Origin: Octopus sinensis
Taxonomy: Eukaryota
Assembly (NCBI RefSeq): GCF_006345805.1
Contig: NC_043001.1
Location: forward strand, 85,560,001 to 85,624,000
Direction: 5' to 3'
DNA: 64,000 bases
Program-made: the position numbers and the translations under genes
Notes under the pieces: model-generated
Told to the model about the DNA's origin: nothing
What the model saw: only the letters and a program-made list of their open reading frames with translations
Databases searched by the model: none
Shown: positions 11,731 to 26,140 of the stretch, piece after piece
How the letters are laid out: each line of letters opens with the position of its first letter
How positions within the stretch are numbered: position 1 is the first letter of the stretch

Positions 11731-12498
11731 AAAAAAGTCAAGATAGAAAATGCTAAAATAATTTTATAAAAACATTTCAGTACCGGTTTCAGTCATTGAG
11801 ACTTTTTCCACTGTAACAATTAAATAATTACATTTAGAAAAATTAAAATAATTTTTTTTTAAAGAATATTTGTATAGTGTTCAAATACAAGTGGCATTTT
11901 CCTTGTTTCTGCCTGTCTCTGTCTCTCCTGTTTACTCTTGTGGATTCCAGATCCTTGTGAATTCTTGGTAGGGAAGAAGAAGAAGAAGAAAAAGGAAGGA
12001 GGAGGAGAAGAATAGGATGAATAATAATAATTTAGGAGTGCCATGATAGTAGTATTTTGAATAGTCAGTGAATGGTAGCAGTCCCTGTTCAATTCATGAA
12101 AATATTTCTTTTAGAATGTTTTGTTTATAGAATTTGCGTAGGTGTAATTCTAAAAAAGTATTAGTGATAAAGTTAGGAAGGAGAAGGGAGAAGAAGAAGA
12201 AGAAGAAGAAGAAGAAGAAAAAGAAGAGGAAGAAGAAGAAAGAGAAGGGAGAGGAAGAATGAATGTAGAAAGTAGTAAGGTGTTAAATGACTTAAAATTG
12301 ACACCTAATGGATTATAGCAATGATTGGCACTGTTTTATAATGAATTCTTGGGAATCTCTTGAGTGTATCATTTTTAATATTTGCGTATGCATTTGTGTT
12401 ATGTTATTCTAAGACCGAGGTGGATATGTCGTTTGTCGTAGAAGGGGCCTGTATTTTGTAATAAAGAGACTTTCTTTACTAATTCGTTTACTAATATA
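11729..12498 (-). mobile_element. Penelope-like element 3' remnant with minimal hammerhead-like motif (11775-11816)
   Basis: Minus translation KRISKESLFITKYRPLL resembles the GIY-YIG C-terminal E..FI....P.L motif; CAG-TGGAAAA-AGTC/GACT-GAAA-CCGG-TA-CTG; flanked by microsatellites. Confidence 0.5.
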
Positions 12499-12517
12499 CA
12501 CACACACACACACACAT

Positions 12518-12640
<123 letters not shown>

Positions 12641-12958
12641 CATACGCACACACACATTCCAGGTCTGCCTTTAATTTAAGTTAGATCGTGGAAAGTTAGT
12701 GCGTATCATTGAACAGGTCGCGAATAACGACGAAAGGAGTTTGCCAAACAAACAAGCAACCAACTAATTATTTAATAAAGACATTAAGCAAACGATCGGT
12801 TAGTCAGTTGGATAGATATTTAAAGTGACTGACTAAAAATAAAGATGTGGTACTGAACCAGTGCATGTGTTTATGATTATTAACCAAATAACACTCTGAA
12901 GAAGCTACAAGCTTTGCTTCAAAACACATCAAGAATATTCGAACAAAATACAGAAAGG

Positions 12959-12991
<33 letters not shown>

Positions 12992-13315
12992 TATGTGTGT
13001 GTGTGTGTGTATGTGTGTGTGCGCGCGTGTGTGTGTGTTTATATATAAAGAGGATAAGACCGTTATTTAAAATAATGATCATATAGAGTGGCCAGCATAG
13101 AAAAACACCTTATAGGTAATTATTATTATTAAAATTATAAGTAAGTGTATGAAAATGGATACCACCATGCTTGATATACCAGCCAAAACATGACTCCAGA
13201 GAATGATATGGTTTTAAAGTTAGGTTTTGGCTGCTGTATTCAGCATGGTTATATTCCTTTTGATACCCTTAATTATAATTATACACACACAGACACACAC
13301 ACACGCATATATATA

Positions 13316-13383
<68 letters not shown>

Positions 13384-13469
13384 ATATATATATATATGTC
13401 TCTTCTAGTTTTTAATTATTCTAAATTCTCCACTGAGGAGGGAGCCAGTTTCCAACAGAGAAAAAGGCT

Positions 13470-14035
13470 CCATCTTTGGGATGTAGTTAACGCAGACACA
13501 TTCACATTTCGAACTTGAGAAAGTCTTGTATGTTTTTACTGTTCCACTCACAGATTGGACTTGTAATGTACGAATCAGATGGTGAATTTCTCTTCCTGAA
13601 AATCCCAGTTAATCCAGATTCATTTACTAACAAAACCTAGTGTTCCACTTATTATTGATATGAAAATGAATTCTAGATATAGAAATGGAGATTTCGAAGC
13701 AGTTGTCCATAGATATCCTCTTTTTCTTTGATTTTCAAAGAGATATGTATATCTGTAGTGCAGCTAACCTTATAATGGTACATACCTTTGCCACTCTGTG
13801 CCAAAGAACAATATCCGGCGTGCTATGCTTATATTTGACAGAAGATTTGATGGGAATTGTCCAGCAGTATTCCTTGAGTTGGTGTTTATGAATGTATTCC
13901 ATAACTGAGGAATTTTCTAAGTTTATTTCAGGACAGTTTTCTTTGCAGATGGTATTGTAAACTGTTTTAGCAACAACATCTTGCCGTACAGGAGCAGCGA
14001 TTAGAGAAATCCAGTGAGTTGATATGGAAATACGG
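13470..14035 (-). mobile_element. 3' fragment of an RLE-type non-LTR retrotransposon (R4/Dong-like)
   Basis: RQDVVAK..W....KHSTPDIVLW....KVCTII, then KEKEDIYGQL in a shifted frame, matching the RHD / PD..(D/E) / K..KY restriction-like endonuclease pattern. Confidence 0.75.
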
Positions 14036-14192
14036 ATACAGATAAACACATTTAGGCTGTATATATAAAATAAGCATATAGATGAACTCACACACACACA
14101 CATAGATATATAAATACATGCATACAATTAAATATATTCAGAATATAAACACATGTACAAGGATATATGCATATAAATAGATATATATACAT

Positions 14193-14255
<63 letters not shown>

Positions 14256-15280
14256 TACATACGTAGACATCAGGGGCGTGCACTCTCAGGTATGCAAGGT
14301 ATGCGTTGCATGCCCTGTGATTTTTTTATCCATATGATCGGAAAATTAGATAAAATAGTTACTTTGTTTCAAAGAAAATCCGTCCAGTTGTATTTTGTCT
14401 CCCCTTCTCTCTCAGTGATTCTACTTCTGCTTTTAGAAGTCATGCATTGACAAGACCAGCATGTCAGACACTCCCTCTCTGTCTCAGTTTGTCCTTCCTT
14501 CCTCTCTCTCTCTCTCTCTTAGTGACTTGTTTAAAAGTGGCTCGACATGCTGTGGGAAGACCCGCATGACCTCCCTCTCTGTCTCTTAGTTTGTCCCTCC
14601 TTCCTCTCTCTCTCTTAGTGAATTGCTAAAACAGATGCTAGGAGGAAAGGTCGTTCATAATATTTTGTATCCCCTTCCTCTCTCTCTCAGTGGCATGTCA
14701 TGCTATGAGTTGACCGTATGATACCCACTCTCTGTATCTTTTTGTTTTGTTGAAATTGACTTACAATTTACGCCGGCGTTTCCACGTGTGTTCGTATATA
14801 AGAACAGCCTTTTACGAAATGAGTGAAATGTGTGTTATAAACGATATTTTGAGAAATAGTTTTTCGAAAAGAGAATTCGATGGAAAATAATTAATTATAA
14901 CGGTAGGAGACCAACACCGAAAAGGGCTAATGCATTAGATAACATTGTTAAAAAAAAGATTTCCGAAGGCAACAGCAATGGAATTACTCCTCACGGCTTA
15001 TTATTACCACAAAGGAAAATTATAATTTCATAATCAGCCTTTTTGAGCACATCATTGAAAATCCTGAAGCATGGGATGATACCACCATAAATTCAGCAAT
15101 TGGATTTTTACACACTTTAAAAGCTCCTGATTTCTTATTTTTGCTAGAAGTATTCAGAGTGATTTTTTCTTTTTTCTTATTTAACATCCTCCAGAGTAAA
15201 AGTCATGACATAGCGTATTGTAAAGATCAAATAGATAAAACTAGAACTGTACTCGAAAACAAACTTGATAATTTTTCCAT

Positions 15281-15620
15281 CTCTTTTGTTTCAGTCATTT
15301 GACTGCGGCCATGCTGGAGCACCGCCTTTAATCGAGCAACTCGACCCCGGGACTTATTCTTTTGTAAGCCCAGTACTTATTCTATCGGTCTCTTTTGCCG
15401 AACCGCTAAGTAACGGAGACATTAACTCACCAGCATCGGTTGTCAAGCAATGCTAGGAGGACAAACACAGACGCACGAACACACACACGCATATATATAT
15501 ACATATATACCACGGGTTTCTTTCAGTTTCCGTCTACCAAATCCACTCACAAGGCTTTGGTCGGCCCGAGACTATAGTAGAAGACACTTGCCCAAGGTGC
15601 CACGCAGTGGGACTGAACGC
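15281..15620 (-). mobile_element. SINE family A inserted in the hAT relic
   Basis: Reverse complement of 7056-7437; splits the transposase remnant. Confidence 0.85.
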
Positions 15621-15835
15621 GGGAGGAAAAATATGGAGTCGATGCAGGAATCGGAATTCAGAGATCCAAGAATATATCTATTGAGCCCCAACGACATTAT
15701 AAAATGCTTTATAACAAAATTATCAGTACAATAGTTGACCAAATAAAAGCACGATATTTATCCTTAGAAGAGTTTAAATTCATGGAACTTTCGAATTTCA
15801 ACAAATTTGATGAGTATTGCAAACAATTTAAGAAT

Positions 15836-16090
15836 CAGTGTTACTATTTAAGAAGAGTGGTCCCGGTGCGCTCACCCGAGCATTCCACGCCAGCTAGTCG
15901 TGACTAGTCGATCCTTACTTTGTGTTTTATTTACTTTGTTTAAAACATTATTTACTTTGTGTTTTTGTGTTTTATATATTTTGTTTAAAAAATTTATTTA
16001 CTTTGCTAGATAGTCGTAGGATCGACTAGTCACGACTGGCCAGCGCGGATGCGCGAGCGAGCACAACGGGACCACTCTTCTTAAATAGTA
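15836..16090. mobile_element. MITE with long inverted termini, nested in the hAT relic
   Basis: TACTATTTAAGAAGAGTGGTCCCG (15842) and its reverse complement ending 16090; second arm AGTCGTGACTAGTCGATCCT / AGGATCGACTAGTCACGACT. Confidence 0.8.
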
Positions 16091-16283
16091 CCAGGGCGAC
16101 GTTTTTTTTTTATTCTAGGTCATACGGGGGTGATTGCATATTCAGAATCTCCCATATGTAAATCGTAGGAATTCGAAAATTTTTTTACTGAAAAATTGCC
16201 CAGGATGGAGGGGGGGGGAAGAAATTCATTGCATGCCCAGCCCCAGAAGTCACCGCACGCCACTGGTAGATATATATATACAT

Positions 16284-16361
<78 letters not shown>

Positions 16362-16964
16362 GCACACACACTGGTGTGCATGATTGTGTATAGAAGTATA
16401 TATTACTCAAAGAAATTCCAACTTTGATTTTCACGTTTTGTTTACACTCTTATAATAATATAATATAATATAATATAATATAATATAATGGAATGATAGA
16501 ATATTAAATGTCCATTCTGATTGAACTAATACTTTCATGTATTAAACTATGCAATCTTCAGGTTTGTATACTAGTGGTGACAGTTACGTTTTACAATTTA
16601 CAACAATAGTGAGATGGCTGAAATGTGTACCTTAAATTCATTTGTATAGGCTGCAGAATGTATATATATGTATACATACACACAAGTAAATTTACATAGA
16701 TAATACTAAATACAGAATATTAAGTTGAGAATGCATAAGCTTTTGCGAATTCTTTTTACAGCTTCCATCTACTAATTATGAACCTCATGATAATTATGTA
16801 ATTCAGAGCTTTCAGAAACAGCTGCTGAATTAAAAGAAACTATGTATTCTCTCTTTGTTATTCCGTATTTTGTGTCCTCTATGTAAATTTATTAGTCCTG
16901 ATATACACAAATATCTATATGCTTGTACATATGTGTTTACCTTCTGAATATATTTAGTTCACAG

Positions 16965-18240
<1,276 letters not shown>

Positions 18241-18283
18241 CTATCTATCTATCTATCTATCTAACTATCTATCTATCTATCTA

Positions 18284-18314
<31 letters not shown>

Positions 18315-19084
18315 GTCGATGTATCTATTTATCTATCTATCTCTTTATCGATTAATATACTAACCTTTGTTTCCATCTACTTTCGTGCCTGCCTATCTAA
18401 CTGCCTTTGTTGTCTTTCTATATACATTCTTTCCTTCCTGACTTCCAAAATAATACCTCTCTGTCCTCCTGACTTCCAGCATTCCATTCCAACATACATC
18501 ATAATTTCTTTAAACTATACCGAGACACTGCTATACCTCACATCAAAGAAACAACGTGTACTTTACTCTCTTATAATAAACGCACAGTTCAAACTTACAA
18601 AATCAACTACAAATGCGAAGTCTTCCAATTTCTAATAAGTTTTCATAGTGAATTCTCTCAAATATAATTATCAAAACCACTAGACTAGTCATCCTCTTTA
18701 CATAAGAAAATATTTCAGCCATTATCAGTTGCTGACTTTCTGTAAAACTTAAATATGACCTTCAATAACATGTTATTGATCACATATCACCCAAAGTGAT
18801 ATTCCTCGATACGCAGATATATGAGACCGCATTCAAAACAGAATCAGCACGCCACGCTTGCTATCTTATCCCTATCTCTGTCTGACTGTCTCTGTCTCTG
18901 TCTGTCTGTCTCTCTATCTCGCTCTCTTTCTCTCTTTCCCTCTGCCACCTTTAATATGATTGCTTCTGCTCCTCCTTATCACTTTCCTTTAAATTCCACA
19001 TTTGTTCGATTTTCTACCTACGATCATTGTGCTCCCTGTATATCCCCTAAACTGTAAGCGTTTCCTACTCTTATTTTCCATCCC

Positions 19085-19320
19085 TTATTTCTTTATTGCC
19101 CACAAGAGGCTAAACGTAGAGGGGACAAACAAGGACAGACAAAGGGATTAAGTCGATTATATCAACCCCAGTGCGTAACTGGTACTTAATTTATCGATCC
19201 CGAAAGGATGAAAGGCAGAGTCGACCCCGGCGAAATTTGAACTCAGAACGTAACAGCAGACGAAATACGGCTATGCATTTCGCCCGGCGTGCCAACGTTT
19301 CTGCCAGCTCACCGCCTTAT
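19085..19320 (-). mobile_element. tRNA-derived SINE family B (Nin-domain-like GCCTTTCATCCTTTCGGGGTCGATAAA)
   Basis: GGCGAGCTGGCAGAA head, GAGTTCAAAT B-box; other copies ~3938-4135(+), 4785-4995(-), 27755-27970(-), 37938-38155(+), 58545-58750(+), 59260-59525(+), 59715-60040(+). Confidence 0.85.
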
Positions 19321-20143
19321 TATCTATCTCTATCCCTGTAATCCCTATATACAGAGGTAGCTACAGATGTTCACTTGAAACATTAACCACATTGCATGTT
19401 CTATTCTAGGAACTAAAATTATCATCAAGTACGTTTCCCTTGGGGCGTGGTGACTTCTTATATTCTGAGCAATAACATTGTTGATAACAAGTTTTCAACG
19501 AGTCAATCACATGTTCAGAGTATTTATGAGGGCAATAGCAACGGGCAGGTATCTTTGCAACTACATCGATATATATTTTCACCCGAAACTACCGATTTCT
19601 TGCAAATATTTACCACTGTAACTGATATATTAGGCCTAAAGATATATGCAGTCATCCATATGTATACGGATCCCCAACATCCAATCAGAAGAAATTGTTA
19701 AATCGCAATTGTGGCCTATGGATGTAAACTCTTATTCCAAACGCAAAGTGTGATCAAATCGGGAACTACGTAATTGCTGCAAAAGCACCTTGACTGTATA
19801 CAGTCTATGACAAACTATGACAATACGTTGACGAATAATGTGACACATTAATAAGTTTCCAAGAAACATAATCATAGTCATTTTTTTAAAATATATAATA
19901 AGGGACAATATTAAGCTAGGCAGTGAAATCTTGAAACAGCGTCAGTTTTTTATATATTTTTCTTTCTTGTTTTGTGTACGTATATGGAATGCAAATAAAT
20001 TGCTGATATTGTCTCAGTTTTCCAGTGTCTATCAGCTTATGCTATTATCTTCCATTGATTGTATATATATGTACTAGCAAGACAATACTATCTAATTGTG
20101 TGTTCGTAAGTTACCGCCTTAGACAACAAACTGCAATATACAT

Positions 20144-20194
<51 letters not shown>

Positions 20195-20274
20195 ATTATA
20201 TATATTATATATATATATATATATTACACGCACACACAGACATATGTATATATATATGTATGTATGTATATATA

Positions 20275-21456
20275 TTTGGTTGGCAAGGAAGTAATTTTGG
20301 ATTTTTAGTGTGAAGTAAAAATAATACAGAGAATGAACTTTAATCAATTATATATTTTCCATTATGTTAGATGACCGTTTACCATCTTTCTGACAACTTC
20401 CATGATTCCGTGCTCATAGAAATGCCCGGTTCTTATCAGCCAAAAACTAAAACAAGTGTGATTTCAGGTCATCATTATTATTGAAAGTTTTACCATTCAA
20501 AGAATTTTGCAAACTGCGAAATAAATGGTAATCCGATGGTGCAAGATCAGGGCTAAATGATATTACGAATTTGCAGAGACGTGTGTGGTCTAGTGTTACA
20601 TGGTGGAAGACGATTCCTTTACGAATTTCTAATTCTGGTAGTTTATCTTTGATTGCTCCCTCTAGTTGCATTTATTGTTGACAGTAAACATCTGAATCGA
20701 ATGTTTGGTTCCTTTTGTAATCCCACTACATTGACAGCATTACCTTTTTTTGATACAATTCAACTTTCAATGTGGTTTGTGCTGCTTCATTTTCGATTGA
20801 TGCTATTTTAGACAATCCATTTTTTATCTGCAATGATGATTCGTTAAAAAAAGATCGTTTTCATTGCATTTGAGAGGCTTGTCGCAAATATCGATTTGTT
20901 GTGTTAAGTGAATCTCTTTCAAATTATGTGGAATATCGAGATTCTTAACGGGTCCAAAATACTTTAAGTGATTTCCAATTGTTGTGTGTGATACAGTTAA
21001 TCTCTCTGCAATCTCTCGCGCAGTTATATGACAATTAGGTCCATATTCGGCTTTAATTCGGTCATCAACAACTTCAGTAGGTCGACCAGAACGTTGGTCA
21101 TCTTTGAGGGAAAAATCTCCAGAACAGATTTTTTAATACCATTTCTGACATGTGCGTTCTGTTAAGCAATCAACACCATACACTCCATATATCTCTCTGT
21201 GAGCTTAACATTTTTTTTGCCCCCTGCGGAAATAAAAAAAAACGTATCATATGGCGAAAATATTCATTTTTGCACTACATGATAAAAATAACACTGAACT
21301 AACAGTTGTAAACAAAATCACGGGCAATTTGCTTCTAAAGCAAGCTGAAACTAACGGCTATCAAGTGTCAGAAGTAAAAAATCATAATATTGACAAAGTC
21401 ATTCAAAAATATCGTAAATCTATTTGCTAAAAACGAATCTACTTTCTTGCCAATCC

Positions 21457-21458
<2 letters not shown>
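20275..21458 (-). mobile_element. Degenerate mariner (DD34D) transposon
   Basis: SPDLAPSDYHLFRSLQNSLNGKTF motif (ORF 20447..20671); TIRs TTGGTTGGCAAGGAAGTA / TACTTTCTTGCCAATCCTA within TA repeats. Confidence 0.9.
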
Positions 21459-21503
<45 letters not shown>

Positions 21504-24414
21504 ATGTGTGCGCGTGTGTGTGTGGTGTGTGTGTGTGTGTGTGTGGTGTGTGTGTATGTGTGTGTGTGTGTGTAGATACACATACATACATACATAAATA
21601 TATCTGTGTTACGCTAACGGCGGCGCACGGTGCGAAAATATTAGTCTAGATTCAAATATAACAAATCACTGTACAAAACGTCTACTTCCCTATCCTTTTG
21701 TACTTAAATTCTTTCAAAGCCTGACTTTGGATGGTATATTTTACCTGCAATGAGTAATTTCCTGTCAACTACCGTGATTGTGGATGGAGAACACTTTCCC
21801 TTTAATCTGCTAAAATCTAAATTTGTTAATATTGTTGTGGTTGTCGGTGATGATGTAGTTGTTATATTCGATCATTTTAATTACATGTAAAATACAAAAT
21901 GCTATAAAGTCACAGTAAAGAAAGTGAGTAAACGATTGAGGAAAACTATAGGGAAATTTAACTATGATTAACCTTCCAAAATACGTTTATAACTAACTCT
22001 CCAATTACAAATTTATCTATAACATTCTGTAACATGATTTTTAACCTTAGTTCGCAACTGTTATTTTTTATTTGCTTACCCCTAGAAAGTGTGAAAAACG
22101 ACTAATATTCCCTTAAAAATTTCATCTTATCACATTTAGTTCAACCCCAAAGGTCACTCTCAACACATGTATATGATACCCCCGCATCATATACAACACA
22201 TGTATATGATGCACACTACTCCTGCTCATGAGCAGAGATGCAAATGCTGCTAGCCAATTAAGGACGTGCTCAAAGGATTAAATACGAGCAACTGACAAGC
22301 AATTTTGTGGTACTGAGCAGAATATTTGCTATATTTCTGCTTCAGCAATTCAGCGTGAATCTGTTTAAAATTTAATAGAAAAAAGGTCAGTTTCAAAACG
22401 TTCATGTGCAGGTTACGAAAGCAAATTTCCAAGGGAATAGTAGTCATTTCCTTTGTTTTCTAGACAGAAGCAAATAGGAAATAACACTTTCTGACGAAAG
22501 ACAAAAATGAAAAAGATTAAATAAGATTTTTGTTACACAGTGTAAAATACTGTCTGCTATGAAAAACGAATAAAGACATATACGTAGAGGATGAACGCAA
22601 AATTATTCATGAGTAGTAGAATATGCCGCCGAAAATCCCACTGCGGCAGATCTTTCCTTCTTTTCAGGACAGTTGACGCTTCACTTAATACAGGTAACCA
22701 CATGGGACATCAGTCTCTCGACGGAAGTTGTTTACCTTTTGTAACAACACTGTCATATTGATCAATCAAAGATGACACCTAAACTCACACTCGCATTCGT
22801 CTGCTTAGGACCAGCGCAGAAATAGGCATAGATTATGATACACATACTAAAGGAAGTGTTAGAATTCCACCATCACCGGGCTCAATACTCCCCAAATTGG
22901 GGAGACGATTCGAAAACCTATAGACAGTTTTGAGCATCGAATATCTGCGTGAGTAGCGTCTGATCTCAGATTCACCTTTTGTCGCTCTGATGTTTAGTTT
23001 CATATCCATTTTATTTTGTGTTTTTTTTTTTATGGTACCCTTTAGCATTTTGAAAGCTTTCATACTATTTTTGTATGACTTAGCAAATGGTGAGTGAATT
23101 ATGTATGTCTTTGGAAAGACTACGTATTTTATTTCAGTATACATTCCATTAATGGAATATGTAGCAACAAAAATATCTTACCTCTATACTTTCTTTTAAC
23201 ATTTTAACATTTTAGCTTGAAAAAGGTTCTGCGAATAACCTGAAATGTATGCAAATAATATGAAATTTTACCGTTGGTTATCATATTCTAATTCATTTGT
23301 TTCTTTAAAAATATATCCAAATAAATTTTTATACTTGCATCAAATCCAAACCTTTCTTTTACGTAATCTGAATCTTCCTATTATCGGCTTCGTGTTGCAT
23401 TCCTTGAATTCCAAGTTCCAGCTTTAATAAATATATTTTGACGCCATACTTTCACTGCCAAGTATTTTATTTTCCTTCTTGTTTATGCTGTAGTTTTTAT
23501 ATTTATGTGTTTACACTTTACACTACATACAACACCCAATTGTACTCACACAAGCATACACTTACACATATATATATATATGACAACTATCACAATAAAG
23601 GTAAAAATACAAAATATTGGAATCACAATATATCATAATACACAGAATATAGAGTATTTGAATATGACGAATGTAAACAAACGGGATTTTAAATTCTCTG
23701 ATTACCATTGGCAAGTGGGAAAACGGTATGTGTATAGTGAATAAGTATTTTAACATCGAATTTCTTCCTAAGAACAAGGTTGGTCGAAATATTTTACATT
23801 CAAAACTTTGAATCACTTAAAGGGACGAAATATTTTCTCAGTCATCATATAAATGCAGAAAGTTGAAGATCAGTTCACATAAGACATATGCACAAAATAA
23901 TATATACATACTACATTGCTTTGTTATGTGTAAACATAAACCCGAACAGCGTTACTAGTGGCATGTATGGAGCATGTCTGTGTGTGCGCACCCTCTGCGT
24001 GCGTGTGTGTGTGTACTTGTGTGCGTGTACGTATATGTGAAGGCGTGTAGCCTCGTGGTTACGGTTTTGCTCACGCAATTTCAAGATTGTTCTTCCAATC
24101 TCTGGAACCGAGGAAGCGGGAGACATGAATTATTTTCTTAAACACAATACTTCGTTTCACGTTGCTCGGTAATTATTTCCTGTACTTTATGTGTGGCACG
24201 CCGATCACCGTACAGCACAACGTACAGCACAAACATTTCATCACAATAAAGAATTTGTTCCACAAGAGCTTGCGGAAACCTCATCTGTCCTCTACGACAG
24301 GAGAGACCGCCATTACTAAGTATGCATGCATGCATGTATGCACTCTCCCTTGAAAAAACAAGTTTAAGATTAAACTTCATCAACGGTTGCTCTACTTTGT
24401 AGCAAGAATGGTAC

Positions 24415-24605
24415 AGAATTATTAACAAGTCCTAAAGATATAGTTGGGAGATGGAAAGAACATTATGATGAATTCCTCAATAGACCCACTAAAGATGATC
24501 TCTGTTCTTGATAATATTCCTCAAAGACGAAGAAAACATCTTTTGGCAGAGGTTCCAAACCTCGCTGAATTAAAAGCCGCGATTAGGAAATTGAACAATG
24601 GAATG
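24415..24605 (+). mobile_element. RTE LINE fragment (APE-RT linker)
   Basis: RWKEHYDEFLNRP / VLDNIPQR....PNLAELKAAIRKLNNG. Confidence 0.7.
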
Positions 24606-25224
24606 GATATACGAAGATCAAGAGTATTCATTAATATATAACAATTGTAAGGTTCGTAATTTGCAAATTTCTCATTTCTATGCTTTCGGCTGGTGATCTG
24701 AGCCCGTATTCTCTCGAGTTGTCTGTTGACTGACCATGTGTCGAAATACTGTACTAAAGTTATCAATTTGTGTTTATCTCTATGGTATATTTTAGAATCA
24801 TGCAAACGGTACGTCTAACAACAAGCACATACAAATAACACGCGCGCACGCATACACACAAGCACACACGCCCTTTGCTCTCACACTCACACAAATATAC
24901 ACATATAACGCCTTAATGTACTGCATTCGGTCAATTGATTTATTTGCGTAGCTAATGCTATATGATTGATTTACAACACACCGACTATCGCGTTACGTTG
25001 TGACAAATTTAAACTGTTGTATTTCTCTTTACATGTCCCATACCAAATCTGTTTTATTTCATGTTAAAAAATACACCATTTAATATTCTCGCAGAGAGTC
25101 AAATTGACAAAACTATATATATATAGAATGCATGTATGTATGTATTACCTTTCGTTAAAAGCAATTATTAGTGCATAATTTATCAAAATATCCATTTCTA
25201 TTTATTTCTTCAAATACAAACGCA

Positions 25225-25311
<87 letters not shown>

Positions 25312-25435
25312 ATATATATATATATAATATATATATATATATATAATATATATATAATATATATATATATATACGTGTATGTGCGTTTGTGCGTGTGTGT
25401 GTGTAGAAGATTGATAAGTAACACACGAGTTGGTA

Positions 25436-25822
25436 TGTATAAGGAAAATAAGATAAGGCAGAAAACGCTAAAATATTTTATCATAAAATCAATTTTCTAA
25501 CAGTTACTACCGGTTACAGTCTTTTCGACTTTTTCAACTCAGAGTAAAACAAAGGTGGATATTAATTAAGAAAAACAACTGAATCGAAGAAAAAAATTAA
25601 ATGAAATGTTTTGTAAATATTTCCATAATCTTCAGATAGGTAGGACATTTTTCTTCTTTCTGTCTCTCTCTTATTTTCCTTTATGAATGCTCGGTAGGAA
25701 GTCGCAGACCTGCTTTTTCGTCTTAATTTATATCCACTTTTGTTTTTCTATCAGTTGAAAACTCGAATAGATTGAAACTGGTACTAACAAAATGTTTTTT
25801 ACCGCTTAAGTTATTTTCCTTT

Positions 25823-25825
<3 letters not shown>
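25436..25825. mobile_element. Degenerate inverted pair of Penelope-like pLTR fragments with minimal hammerhead-like motifs
   Basis: Ends TATAAGGAAAATAA... / ...TTATTTTCCTTTATA; TTGAAAA-stem-G(A/T)AA-C(C/T)GG-TA motifs at 25505-25540 (-) and 25750-25789 (+). Confidence 0.5.
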
Positions 25826-25853
<28 letters not shown>

Positions 25854-25854
25854 C

Positions 25855-26140
25855 AGTAATAATATAGGGTGAAATTAATCAATTTGGAATAATCATTAAT
25901 TTCACCAAGTAGATTTCGGCATGTAAAAAGCCCCATTCGAGGAAAGTTTAAGTAATACTAAGTAATTAAGGGTTTAGCAACGATTTGCCTCACCACACAC
26001 CGAATTTAGAAATAGCAGTCAAAGAGTTATAGCTATTCTTTTAGTAGAAAGAATAGCTATAACTCTTTGACTGCTATTTCTAAATTCGGTGTGTGGTGAG
26101 GCAAATCGTTGCTAAACCCTTAATTACTTAGTATTACTTA
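25855..26140. mobile_element. Fold-back element in (TA)n with perfect 93-bp inverted arms (25949-26041 / 26048-26140)
   Basis: Arms are reverse complements around spacer TAGTAG; starts AATATAGG+hairpin and contains TAGAAATAGCAGTCAAA like the 488-bp unit. Confidence 0.75.

Larger units (their letters stand above)
14271..16265 (+). mobile_element. Internally deleted hAT (Tip100/ZMYM1-like) transposon with nested SINE and MITE
   Basis: TIRs CAGGGGCGTGC / GCACGCCACTG; 8-bp TSD GTAGACAT / GTAGATAT; transposase-like remnants AIGFLHTLKAPDFLFLLEVF..NILQSKS and IISTIVDQIKARY. Confidence 0.8.
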
